DNA of 54,351 nt, counting the filler, from Heptranchias perlo (lineage: Eukaryota): NCBI RefSeq assembly GCF_035084215.1. It is 2 parts of 2 records of this genome, joined end to end, with 100 filler letters (N's around TTAATTAATTAA, not from the genome) between each part and the next. Parts side by side here need not be neighbours in the genome. Positions count along the whole stretch, not along the records: positions 1 to 26,073 come from NC_090368.1; positions 26,174 to 54,351 come from NC_090333.1. One strand, 5' to 3'. The notes below the pieces were generated by a model, which saw nothing but the letters and a program-made list of their open reading frames with translations, made no database searches and was not told the origin of the DNA. Positions 25,622 through 37,156 of the stretch are shown one piece after another (position 1 is the first letter of the stretch; every line of letters starts with the position of its first letter). The position numbers and the translations under genes were made by a program.

Positions 25622-26073
25622 AACGCATGTAAATTAAATGCTAAAAGGAAGCTCCTGGGGAACGAGATAGTGCAATGGATTCTTTCCCCCTCATGCCTCC
25701 GCAAAGCGTAGTCACCGTCGTAATGTAGGAAACGCGGGACACTTCTCTAAGTCAATGGCGCATTATAAATGTTGTTCACTGTCTTTTCACTTCTAGCACC
25801 TGCGTTAAAATTTTTTCCAGACTTACGGGATAAAAGTTCCTGCTCTCTGGTGGCTGTAAGAGCCCTACATGAAATGAGTTAGTCAGTCTCAACATAGACC
25901 TTAGGAGTTATGGACCTGCAGCCCAAAACTGCCTCTAATTCAGCTGCATCTTTGCACAAATTTGGCAATCTCGCTCACAGAAGCTGTGGGGCGGGCAGGC
26001 ATTGGGTGGGACCGCTGGGTGGGCGGTGGGGCCCCGCCACAGGTGTGTTCTGGCCGGTATGTGGGAGTTGGTC

Positions 26074-26173
26074 NNNNNNNNNNNNNNNNNNNNNNNNNNN
26101 NNNNNNNNNNNNNNNNNTTAATTAATTAANNNNNNNNNNNNNNNNNNNNNNNNNNNNNNNNNNNNNNNNNNNN
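26074..26173. other. Artificial junction spacer N44-TTAATTAATTAA-N44
   Basis: Exactly 100 bp and symmetric, with a palindromic core giving stop codons in all six frames; typical of contig-concatenation linkers. Confidence 0.9.
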
Positions 26174-26189
26174 GTGAAGGAAATGGTGC

Positions 26190-26270
26190 TGACGTGTCTT
26201 TCGATGGTGATCACATTTCCATAGTGAGGGGCGGGCAGTGAGACTCTCACAAGCTGCAGGTTTATAAAGC
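26190..26270 (+). promoter_or_regulatory. Ig light-chain V promoter (variant octamer, GC box, TATA)
   Basis: ATTTCCAT at 26215-26222 (one mismatch to octamer ATTTGCAT), GGGGCGGG at ~26228-26235, and TTTATAAA at 26261-26268, about 55 bp before the leader ATG. Confidence 0.6.
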
Positions 26271-26322
26271 AGAGCCCAGTAAAGGGACAGTTTATCAGTA
26301 ACCAGGCACAGGAGCAGACACC

Positions 26323-26371
26323 ATGCCTTCAACCATCCAACTGATCTGGGCTCTGGCATTCTGCATCGCAG
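26323..26371 (+). CDS. Ig kappa-type light chain leader exon (MPSTIQLIWALAFCIAG)
   Basis: ACCATG start, hydrophobic signal peptide, and a phase-1 donor G|gtacga matching the V exon acceptor. Confidence 0.92.
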
Positions 26372-26561
26372 GTACGAATCTCTCTCCTTCCACGTTTAAT
26401 ATTTTCCTGCTGTTGATTTCTGTCCAATTCTACAGACTTGTGATTGAGGGGAAAATACTGGAACAGGACGACCGGTCACTGTCTGTGGAACAATATCTCT
26501 CATTTTACAGCGTGTTTCTGTGACAGTTCTTAATTCACTTTGTTTCTCTCTTTCCCCTCAG

Positions 26562-26859
26562 GTATCAGTGGGGATATCATCATGACCCAGTCCCCTCCGG
26601 TGGTCTCAGTGAGCCCGGGACAGACCGCAACCATCTCCTGTACGGCCAGCGCATCCGTTAGCAGCTATGTTGCTTGGTACCAGCAGAAAACCGGACAGAA
26701 ACCCACTCTCCTGATCTATGGAGCAACAACTCGATTCACAGGAACATCCGACCGTTTCAGCGGTCGTCAAGAGTCCACGAAGTTCTACCTGACCATCAGC
26801 AATGTGCAGAACGAGGAATTCGCAGACTATTACTGTCAGCAGTATCAGAGCTACCCCCG
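26562..26859 (+). CDS. Ig light chain V segment, shark kappa (type III/NS4-like), germline unrearranged
   Basis: cctcag| acceptor; (G)[26 protein letters not shown]...WYQQ...LLIY...[11 protein letters not shown] with canonical Cys, Trp and YYC; followed directly by a 12-RSS. Confidence 0.95.
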
Positions 26860-26887
26860 CACTGTGAGACAGAGCCGTACAAAAACC
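26860..26887 (+). other. V recombination signal sequence, 12-bp spacer
   Basis: CACTGTG (26860-26866) + AGACAGAGCCGT (12 bp) + perfect nonamer ACAAAAACC (26879-26887). V-12/J-23 is the kappa configuration. Confidence 0.95.
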
Positions 26888-26900
26888 TCAATATACAGAT

Positions 26901-29900
26901 TCCCACCCCCTGTACTGACACATCCCACAGTGATATATAATATATAATAATGGGCACACAGTCCCACCCCCTGTACTGACACATCCCACAGTTATATATA
27001 ATATATAATAATGGACACACAGTCCCACCCCCTGTACTGACACATCCCACAGTTATATATAATATATAATAATGGACACACAGTCCCACCTCCTGTACTG
27101 ACACATCCCACAGTTATAGATAATATATAATAATGGACACACAGTCCCACCCCCTGTACTGACACATCCCACAGTTATATATAATATATAATAATGGACA
27201 CACAGTCCCACCTCCTGTACTGACACATCCCACAGTTATATATAATATATAATAATGGACACACAGTCCCACCTCCTGTACTGACACATCCCACAGTTAT
27301 ATATAATATATAATAATGGACACACAGTCCCACCTCCTGTACTGACACATCCCACAGTTATATATAATATATAATAATGGGCACACAGTCCCACCCCCTG
27401 TACTGACACATCCCACAGTTATATATAATATATAATAATGGACACACAGTCCCACCTCCTGTACTGACACATCCCACAGTTATATATAATATATAATAAT
27501 GGGCACACAGTCCCACCCCCTGTACTGACACATCCCACAGTTATATATAATATATAATAATGGACACACAGTCCCACCTCCTGTACTGACACATCCCACA
27601 GTTATATATAATATATAATAATGGACACACAGTCCCACCTCCTGTACTGACACATCCCACAGTTATATATAATATATAATAATGGACACACAGTCCCACC
27701 TCCTGTACTGACACATCCCACAGTTATATATAATATATAATAATGGACACACAGTCCCACCTCCTGTACTGACACATCCCACAGTTATATATAATATATA
27801 ATAATGGACACACAGTCCCACCTCCTGTACTGACACATCCCACAGTTATATATAATATATAATAATGGACACACAGTCCCACCCCCTGTACTGACACATC
27901 CCACAGTTATATATAATATATAATAATGGACACACAGTCCCACCTCCTGTACTGACACATCCCACAGTTATATATAATATATAATAATGGACACACAGTC
28001 CCACCCCCTGTACTGACACATCCCACAGTTATATATAATATATAATAATGGACACACAGTCCCACCTCCTGTACTGACACATCCCACAGTTATATATAAT
28101 ATATAATAATGGACACACAGTCCCACCTCCTGTACTGACACATCCCACAGTTATATATAATATATAATAATGGACACACAGTCCCACCTCCTGTACTGAC
28201 ACATCCCACAGTTATATATAATATATAATAATGGACACACAGTCCCACCTCCTGTACTGACACATCCCACAGTTATATATAATATATAATAATGGACACA
28301 CAGTCCCACCCCCTGTACTGACACATCCCACAGTTATATATAATATATAATAATGGACACACAGTCCCACCCCCTGTACTGACACATCCCACAGTTATAT
28401 ATAATATATAATAATGGACACACAGTCCCACCTCCTGTACTGACACATCCCACAGTTATATATAATATATAATAATGGACACACAGTCCCACCCCCTGTA
28501 CTGACACATCCCACAGTTATATATAATATATAATAATGGACACACAGTCCCACCCCCTGTACTGACACATCCCACAGTTATATATAATATATAATAATGG
28601 GCACACAGTCCCACCCCCTGTACTGACACATCCCACAGTTATATATAATATATAATAATGGACACACAGTCCCACCCCCTGTACTGACACATCCCACAGT
28701 TATATATAATATATAATAATGGACACACAGTCCCACCCCCTGTACTGACACATCCCACTGTTATATATAATATATAATAATGGACACACAGTCCCACCTC
28801 CTGTACTGACACACCCCACAGTTATATATAATATATAATAATGGGCACACAGTCCCACCCCCTGTACTGACACATCCCACAGTTATATATAATATATAAT
28901 AATGGGCACACAGTCCCACCCCCTGTACTGACACATCCCACAGTTATATATAATATATAATAATGGACACACAGTCCCACCCCCTGTACTGACACATCCC
29001 ACAGTTATATATAATATATAATAATGGACACACAGTCCCACCTCCTGTACTGACACATCCCACAGTTATATATAATATATAATAATGGACACACAGTCCC
29101 ACCCCCTGTACTGACACATCCCACAGTTATATATAATATATAATAATGGACACACAGTCCCACCTCCTGTACTGACACATCCCACAGTTATATATAATAT
29201 ATAATAATGGACACACAGTCCCACCTCCTGTACTGACACATCCCACAGTTATATATAATATATAATAATGGACACACAGTCCCACCTCCTGTACTGACAC
29301 ACCCCACAGTTATATATAATATATAATAATGGACACACAGTCCCACCCCCTGTACTGACACATCCCACAGTTATATATAATATATAATAATGGACACACA
29401 GTCCCACCTCCTGTACTGACACATCCCACAGTTATATATAATATATAATAATGGACACACAGTCCCACCCCCTGTACTGACACATCCCACAGTTATATAT
29501 AATATATAATAATGGACACACAGTCCCACCCCCTGTACTGACACATCCCACAGTTATATATAATATATAATAATGGACACACAGTCCCACCCCCTGTACT
29601 GACACATCCCACAGTTATATATAATATATAATAATGGACACACAGTCCCACCCCCTGTACTGACACATCCCACAGTTATATATAATATATAATAATGGAC
29701 ACACAGTCCCACCCCCTGTACTGACACATCCCACAGTTATATATAATATATAATAATGGACACACAGTCCCACCCCCTGTACTGGCACATCCCACAGTTA
29801 TATATAATATATAATAATGGACACACAGTCCCACCCCCTGTACTGACACATCCCACTGTTATATATAATATATAATAATGGACACACAGTCCCACCTCCT

Positions 29901-32900
29901 GTACTGACACACCCCACAGTTATATATAATATATAATAATGGACACACAGTCCCACCTCCTGTACTGACACATCCCACAGTTATATATAATATATAATAA
30001 TGGACACACAGTCCCACCCCCTGTACTGACACATCCCACAGTTATATATAATATATAATAATGGACACACAGTCCCACCCCCTGTACTGACACATCCCAC
30101 AGTTATATATAATATATAATAATGGACACACAGTCCCACCTCCTGTACTGACACATCCCACAGTTATATATAATATATAATAATGGACACACAGTCCCAC
30201 CTCCTGTACTGACACATCCCACAGTTATATATAATATATAATAATGGACACACAGTCCCACCCCCTGTACTGACACATCCCACAGTTATATATAATATAT
30301 AATAATGGGCACACAGTCCCACCCCCTGTACTGACACATCCCACAGTTATATATAATATATAATAATGGACACACAGTCCCACCTCCTGTACTGACACAT
30401 CCCACAGTTATATATAATATATAATAATGGACACACAGTCCCACCCCCTGTACTGACACATCCCACAGTTATATATAATATATAATAATGGACACACAGT
30501 CCCACCTCCTGTACTGACACATCCCACAGTTATATATAATATATAATAATGGACACACAGTCCCACCTCCTGTACTGACACATCCCACAGTTATATATAA
30601 TATATAATAATGGACACACAGTCCCACCCCCTGTACTGACACATCCCACAGTTATATATAATATATAATAATGGACACACAGTCCCACCCCCTGTACTGA
30701 CACATCCCACAGTTATATATAATATATAATAATGGGCACACAGTCCCACCCCCTGTACTGACACATCCCACAGTTATATATAATATATAATAATGGACAC
30801 ACAGTCCCACCCCCTGTACTGACACATCCCACAGTTATATATAATATATAATAATGGACACACAGTCCCACCCCCTGTACTGACACATCCCACTGTTATA
30901 TATAATATATAATAATGGACACACAGTCCCACCTCCTGTACTGACACACCCCACAGTTATATATAATATATAATAATGGGCACACAGTCCCACCCCCTGT
31001 ACTGACACATCCCACAGTTATATATAATATATAATAATGGGCACACAGTCCCACCCCCTGTACTGACACATCCCACAGTTATATATAATATATAATAATG
31101 GACACACAGTCCCACCCCCTGTACTGACACATCCCACAGTTATATATAATATATAATAATGGACACACAGTCCCACCTCCTGTACTGACACATCCCACAG
31201 TTATATATAATATATAATAATGGACACACAGTCCCACCCCCTGTACTGACACATCCCACAGTTATATATAATATATAATAATGGACACACAGTCCCACCT
31301 CCTGTACTGACACATCCCACAGTTATATATAATATATAATAATGGACACACAGTCCCACCTCCTGTACTGACACATCCCACAGTTATATATAATATATAA
31401 TAATGGACACACAGTCCCACCTCCTGTACTGACACACCCCACAGTTATATATAATATATAATAATGGACACACAGTCCCACCCCCTGTACTGACACATCC
31501 CACAGTTATATATAATATATAATAATGGACACACAGTCCCACCTCCTGTACTGACACATCCCACAGTTATATATAATATATAATAATGGACACACAGTCC
31601 CACCCCCTGTACTGACACATCCCACAGTTATATATAATATATAATAATGGACACACAGTCCCACCCCCTGTACTGACACATCCCACAGTTATATATAATA
31701 TATAATAATGGACACACAGTCCCACCCCCTGTACTGACACATCCCACAGTTATATATAATATATAATAATGGACACACAGTCCCACCCCCTGTACTGACA
31801 CATCCCACAGTTATATATAATATATAATAATGGACACACAGTCCCACCCCCTGTACTGACACATCCCACAGTTATATATAATATATAATAATGGACACAC
31901 AGTCCCACCCCCTGTACTGGCACATCCCACAGTTATATATAATATATAATAATGGACACACAGTCCCACCCCCTGTACTGACACATCCCACTGTTATATA
32001 TAATATATAATAATGGACACACAGTCCCACCTCCTGTACTGACACACCCCACAGTTATATATAATATATAATAATGGACACACAGTCCCACCTCCTGTAC
32101 TGACACATCCCACAGTTATATATAATATATAATAATGGACACACAGTCCCACCCCCTGTACTGACACATCCCACAGTTATATATAATATATAATAATGGA
32201 CACACAGTCCCACCCCCTGTACTGACACATCCCACAGTTATATATAATATATAATAATGGGCACACAGTCCCACCCCCTGTACTAACACATCCCACAGTT
32301 ATATATAATATATAATAATGGACACACAGTCCCACCCCCTGTACTGACACATCCCACAGTTATATATAATATATAATAATGGGCACACAGTCCCACCTCC
32401 TGTACTGACACACCCCACAGTTATATATAATATATAATAATGGACACACAGTCCCACCTCCTGTACTGACACATCCCACAGTTATATATAATATATAATA
32501 ATGGACACACAGTCCCACCTCCTGTACTGACACATCCCACAGTTATATATAATATATAATAATGGACACACAGTCCCACCCCCTGTACTGACACATCCCA
32601 CAGTTATATATAATATATAATAATGGACACACAGTCCCACCTCCTGTACTGACACATCCCACAGTTATATATAATATATAATAATGGACACACAGTCCCA
32701 CCCCCTGTACTGACACATCCCACAGTTATATATAATATATAATAATGGACACACAGTCCCACCCCCTGTACTGACACATCCCACAGTTATATATAATATA
32801 TAATAATGGACACACAGTCCCACCCCCTGTACTGACACATCCCACAGTTATATATAATATATAATAATGGACACACAGTCCCACCTCCTGTACTGACACA

Positions 32901-34903
32901 TCCCACAGTTATATATAATATATAATAATGGACACACAGTCCCACCTCCTGTACTGACACATCCCACAGTTATATATAATATATAATAATGGACACACAG
33001 TCCCACCCCCTGTACTGACACATCCCACAGTTATATATAATATATAATAATGGGCACACAGTCCCACCCCCTGTACTGACACATCCCACAGTTATATATA
33101 ATATATAATAATGGACACACAGTCCCACCTCCTGTACTGACACATCCCACAGTTATATATAATATATAATAATGGACACACAGTCCCACCCCCTGTACTG
33201 ACACATCCCACAGTTATATATAATATATAATAATGGGCACACAGTCCCACCCCCTGTACTGACACATCCCACAGTTATATATAATATATAATAATGGACA
33301 CACAGTCCCACCCCCTGTACTGACACATCCCACAGTTATATATAATATATAATAATGGACACACAGTCCCACCCCCTGTACTGACACATCCCACAGTTAT
33401 ATATAATATATAATAATGGACACACAGTCCCACCTCCTGTACTGACACATCCCACAGTTATATATAATATATAATAATGGACACACAGTCCCACCCCCTG
33501 TACTGACACATCCCACAGTTATATATAATATATAATAATGGACACACAGTCCCACCTCCTGTACTGACACATCCCACAGTTATATATAATATATAATAAT
33601 GGGCACACAGTCCCACCTCCTGTACTGACACATCCCACAGTTATATATAATATATAATAATGGACACACAGTCCCACCTCCTGTACTGACACATCCCACA
33701 GTTATATATAATATATAATAATGGACACACAGTCCCACCTCCTGTACTGACACATCCCACAGTTATATATAATATATAATAATGGGCACACAGTCCCACC
33801 CCCTGTACTGACACACCCCACAGTGATATATAATATATAATAATGGACACACAGTCCCACCCCCTGTACTGACACATCCCACAGTTATATATAATATATA
33901 ATAATGGGCACACAGTCCCACCCCCTGTACTGACACACCCCACAGTTATATATAATATATAATAATGGACACACAGTCCCACCCCCTGTACTGACACATC
34001 CCACAGTTATATATAATATATAATAATGGACACACAGTCCCACCTCCTGTACTGACACACCCCACAGTTATATATAACATATAATAATGTACACACAGTC
34101 CCACCTCCTGTACTGACACATCCCACAGTTATATATAATATATAATAATGTACACACAGTCCCACCTCCTGTACTGACACACCCCACAGTTATATATAAT
34201 ATATAATAATGGACACACAGTCCCACCTCCTGTACTGACACATCCCACAGTTATATATAATATATAATAATGGACACACAGTCCCACCTCCTGTACTGAC
34301 ACATCCCACAGTTATATATAATATATAATAATGGGCACACAGTCCCACCCCCTGTACTGACACATCCCACAGTTATATATAATATATAATAATGGACACA
34401 CAGTCCCACCTCCTGTACTGACACATCCCACAGTTATATATAACATATAATAATGGGCACACAGTCCCACCCCCTGTACTGACACATCCCACAGTTATAT
34501 ATAATATATAATAATGGACACACAGTCCCACCTCCTGTACTGACACATCCCACAGTTATATATAATATATAATAATGTACACACAGTCCCACCTCCTGTA
34601 CTGGCACATCCCACAGTTATATATAATATATAATAATGGACACACAGTCCCACCTCCTGTACTGGCACATCCCACAGTTATATATAATATATAATAATGG
34701 ACACACAGTCCCACCTCCTGTACTGACATATCCCACAGTTATATATAATATATAATAATGGACACACAGTCCCACCTCCTGTACTGGCACATCCCACAGT
34801 TATTTATAATAGATAATAATGGACACACAGTCCCACCCCCTGTACTGACACATCCCACAGTTATATATAATATATAATAATGGACACACAGTCCCACCTC
34901 CTG
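26901..34903. repeat. 61-bp minisatellite, ~131 copies, filling the V-J interval
   Basis: Unit GGACACACAGTCCCACC(T/C)CCTGTACTGACACATCCCACAGTTATATATAATATATAATAAT; the register shifts by 1 per 60-nt line; highly homogeneous. Confidence 0.98.
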
Positions 34904-35129
34904 GAGGGAGAGAGGGTAAGGAACGGGGAGAGGGAGAGAGGGTGAGGGAGGGAGGGAGAAGGTGAGGGAGGGAGGGGGAGAGGGAGAGAGGGTGAGGGAC
35001 GGGGAGTGGGAGAGGGAGAGAGGGTGAGGGTGAGGGAGGGAGGGGGAGAGAGGGAGAGAGAGGGAGAGGGTGAGGGAGGGGGAGAGGGAGAGAGGGAGAG
35101 AGGGTGAGGGAGGGGGAGAGGGGGAGAGG
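34903..35129. repeat. Polypurine (GA/GGA-rich) low-complexity tract
   Basis: About 225 bp, almost entirely G/A on the + strand (GAGGGAGAGAGGGTGAGG-like units). Confidence 0.9.
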
Positions 35130-35146
35130 CTCACGCAGGGGGCAGA

Positions 35147-35185
35147 GGATATTGTACAGCTCCTGCACTGTCAGCTCTCAGTGTG
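35147..35185 (-). other. J recombination signal sequence, 23-bp spacer, non-consensus nonamer
   Basis: + strand GGATATTGT (35147-35155) + 23 bp + CAGTGTG (35179-35185) abutting J; reads CACACTG-23-ACAATATCC on the minus strand. Confidence 0.88.
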
Positions 35186-35220
35186 GGTTACGTTCGGTAA
35201 AGGAACCAAGCTCAGACTCA
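35186..35220 (+). CDS. Ig light chain J segment (VTFGKGTKLRL)
   Basis: FGxGT motif; phase-1 donor A|gtgagt compatible with the C exon. Confidence 0.95.
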
Positions 35221-36417
35221 GTGAGTAAATTTACTAACCATTATTAACCCGTTAAATGCTGAACCTTTCTCACACACCAATGCTGAATACTCGAAGGTGT
35301 TGGTGAGGAGCTGCGGTGAATGAAATGGTTCATTGAAGAGTACTTTGTATGACAGGGTCCCAGGCTGTACTTTCTTTAGTTCCACTCCCCCCTTCGACCA
35401 GCAAAGTATAAGTAACAAACTTTTACCGAGAGTGTGGAGGAGATCTGGGCGTTTGCAGACTGCAGTCACATTCCTGCACCATTGAGTGGAATAACTCACT
35501 GGAATCCTGGCAGTCTCAGTGCCAACAGACACGGGCAGAGTGTGGGGTGAGCCCTGGGCACTCTGTGCCCTGTAGGACTCTCTGATGTAACTGAGCACAG
35601 CATCAGCACAGTGAGACAAGCACAGAGGTCCCACCTCGAAACACACAACTCTCCTCCAGCTTTAACTGGGAGATCTGTCCAGTCCCCCGTTACCTGGTGT
35701 CCAAGTTCTGCTCACAAACGGGTACAGCAGGGCTCTCAATCGATTGGATTCATGTTCAAGGGGTTTGGGGAGACTCTCAGTTGCTTTGTCTTTGGGTCGA
35801 ATCCAGGTCGATATTTACCCCAAAAACCAACATCGCTAAAAATGGCCATTTATCTCATTGCTGTTTGTGGGATCTTGCTGTGCACAAATTGGCTGCCACA
35901 TTTCCCACATTACAACAGTGACTACACTTCAGAAAAAGTACTTCATTGGCTGTAAAGCACTTTGGGCGGTCCTGGGATTGTGAAAGGTGCCATAAAAATA
36001 CAAGTTCCTCCCATTCTTTTGATGAACTGGGGTCTCAGACAATTCCCCTGTTTAAATCTGACCCGGCAGAAAATCCCCCCAGAAAACTGATTAATATTGG
36101 CCTGATTTGTCTGCGTGTTTATTAGACGTGACAGACCAGACAGGGAGAGTTTCACCAGCAACAAAGGACGTTCCATTAGTGCCCGTCCCACTTTCCCGAT
36201 CGACTTACGACATTCTTACAGGTAAACAATCTCTGCCCACTGCCATCGACCGGTTCCATATCACCCCTCTAGACTATGGGCATACCCGTGATCTGCTCCC
36301 CTCCTCTCTCCTGAAGGCACTGCCTCTGGCTGGGGTAAAGCTCCACCTTCCCCAAGTGGGGTCGTTCCTCCAAGTCTGAGCCCGGAGGGTGAGCGCGGCA
36401 GGCTATTCGACCATGAG

Positions 36418-36952
36418 GTGTCAGCCATGGCTCAGTGGGTCAGAAGGTCGTGGGTTCAAGACCCACTCCAGAGACTTGAGCCCATAATCCAGGCTGACAC
36501 CCACAGTGCAGTTCTGAGGGAGTGCTGCACTGTCGGAGGGCCAGTACTGATGGAGTGCTGCACTGTCGGAGGGCCAGTACTGAGGGAGTGCTGCACTGTC
36601 GGAGGGCCAGTACTGAGGGAGTGCTGCACTGTCGGAGGGCCAGTACTGAGGGAGTGCTGCACTGTCGGAGGGCCAGTACTGAGGGAGTTCTGCACTGTCG
36701 GAGGGCCAGTACTGAGGGAGTGCTGCACTGTCGGAGGTGCCGCCTTTCGGGTGAGACATTAAACCGAGGCCCCGTCTGCCCTCTCAGGTGGATGTAAAAG
36801 ATCCCACAGCACGATTTGAAGAAGAGCAGTGGAGTTCACCCCGGTGTTAAAACAGATGATCTGCTCATTATCACATTGCTGTTTGTGGGATCTTGCTGTG
36901 TGCAAATTGGCTGCTGTGTTTCTCACATAAAAACAGTGACTGCACTTCAGAA
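36418..36952 (+). mobile_element. tRNA-derived Deu-domain-like SINE with an internal 33-bp x ~7 expansion (36509-36738)
   Basis: tRNA-like head (TGGCTCAGTGG...GGTTCAAGACCC); body matches the other SINE copies in the window; repeated CAGTACTGAGGGAGTGCTGCACTGTCGGAGGGC. Confidence 0.85.
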
Positions 36953-36960
36953 GTGGGAGA

Positions 36961-37156
36961 ATCCTGATCCTGACCCTGACCCTCCCTGACCCTGATCCTG
37001 ACCCTGACTCTCCCTGACCTTGACCCCGATCCTGACCCTCCCTGACCCCGATTCTAACCCTGACCCTGATCCTGACCCTGACCCATTGTCCACACGCACC
37101 TTCCAGGGGGTCGTGGGATTATTAGGAGCGGTGACCCTCCCTGACCCTGACCCTGA
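36961..37156. repeat. Degenerate (CCCTGA)n hexamer repeat
   Basis: Runs of CCTGAC/CCTGAT in two patches. Confidence 0.85.

Noticed and set aside
26562-35220. Germline-joined VJ gene, or a lambda/sigma/TCR assignment
   Set aside because: V and J are separate with their own RSSs. The V-12/J-23 arrangement and the [17 protein letters not shown] and C sequences fit shark kappa.
36418-36797. Cys-rich repeat protein (VLRECCTVGGP)n
   Set aside because: It is the translation of the 33-bp expansion inside a SINE.
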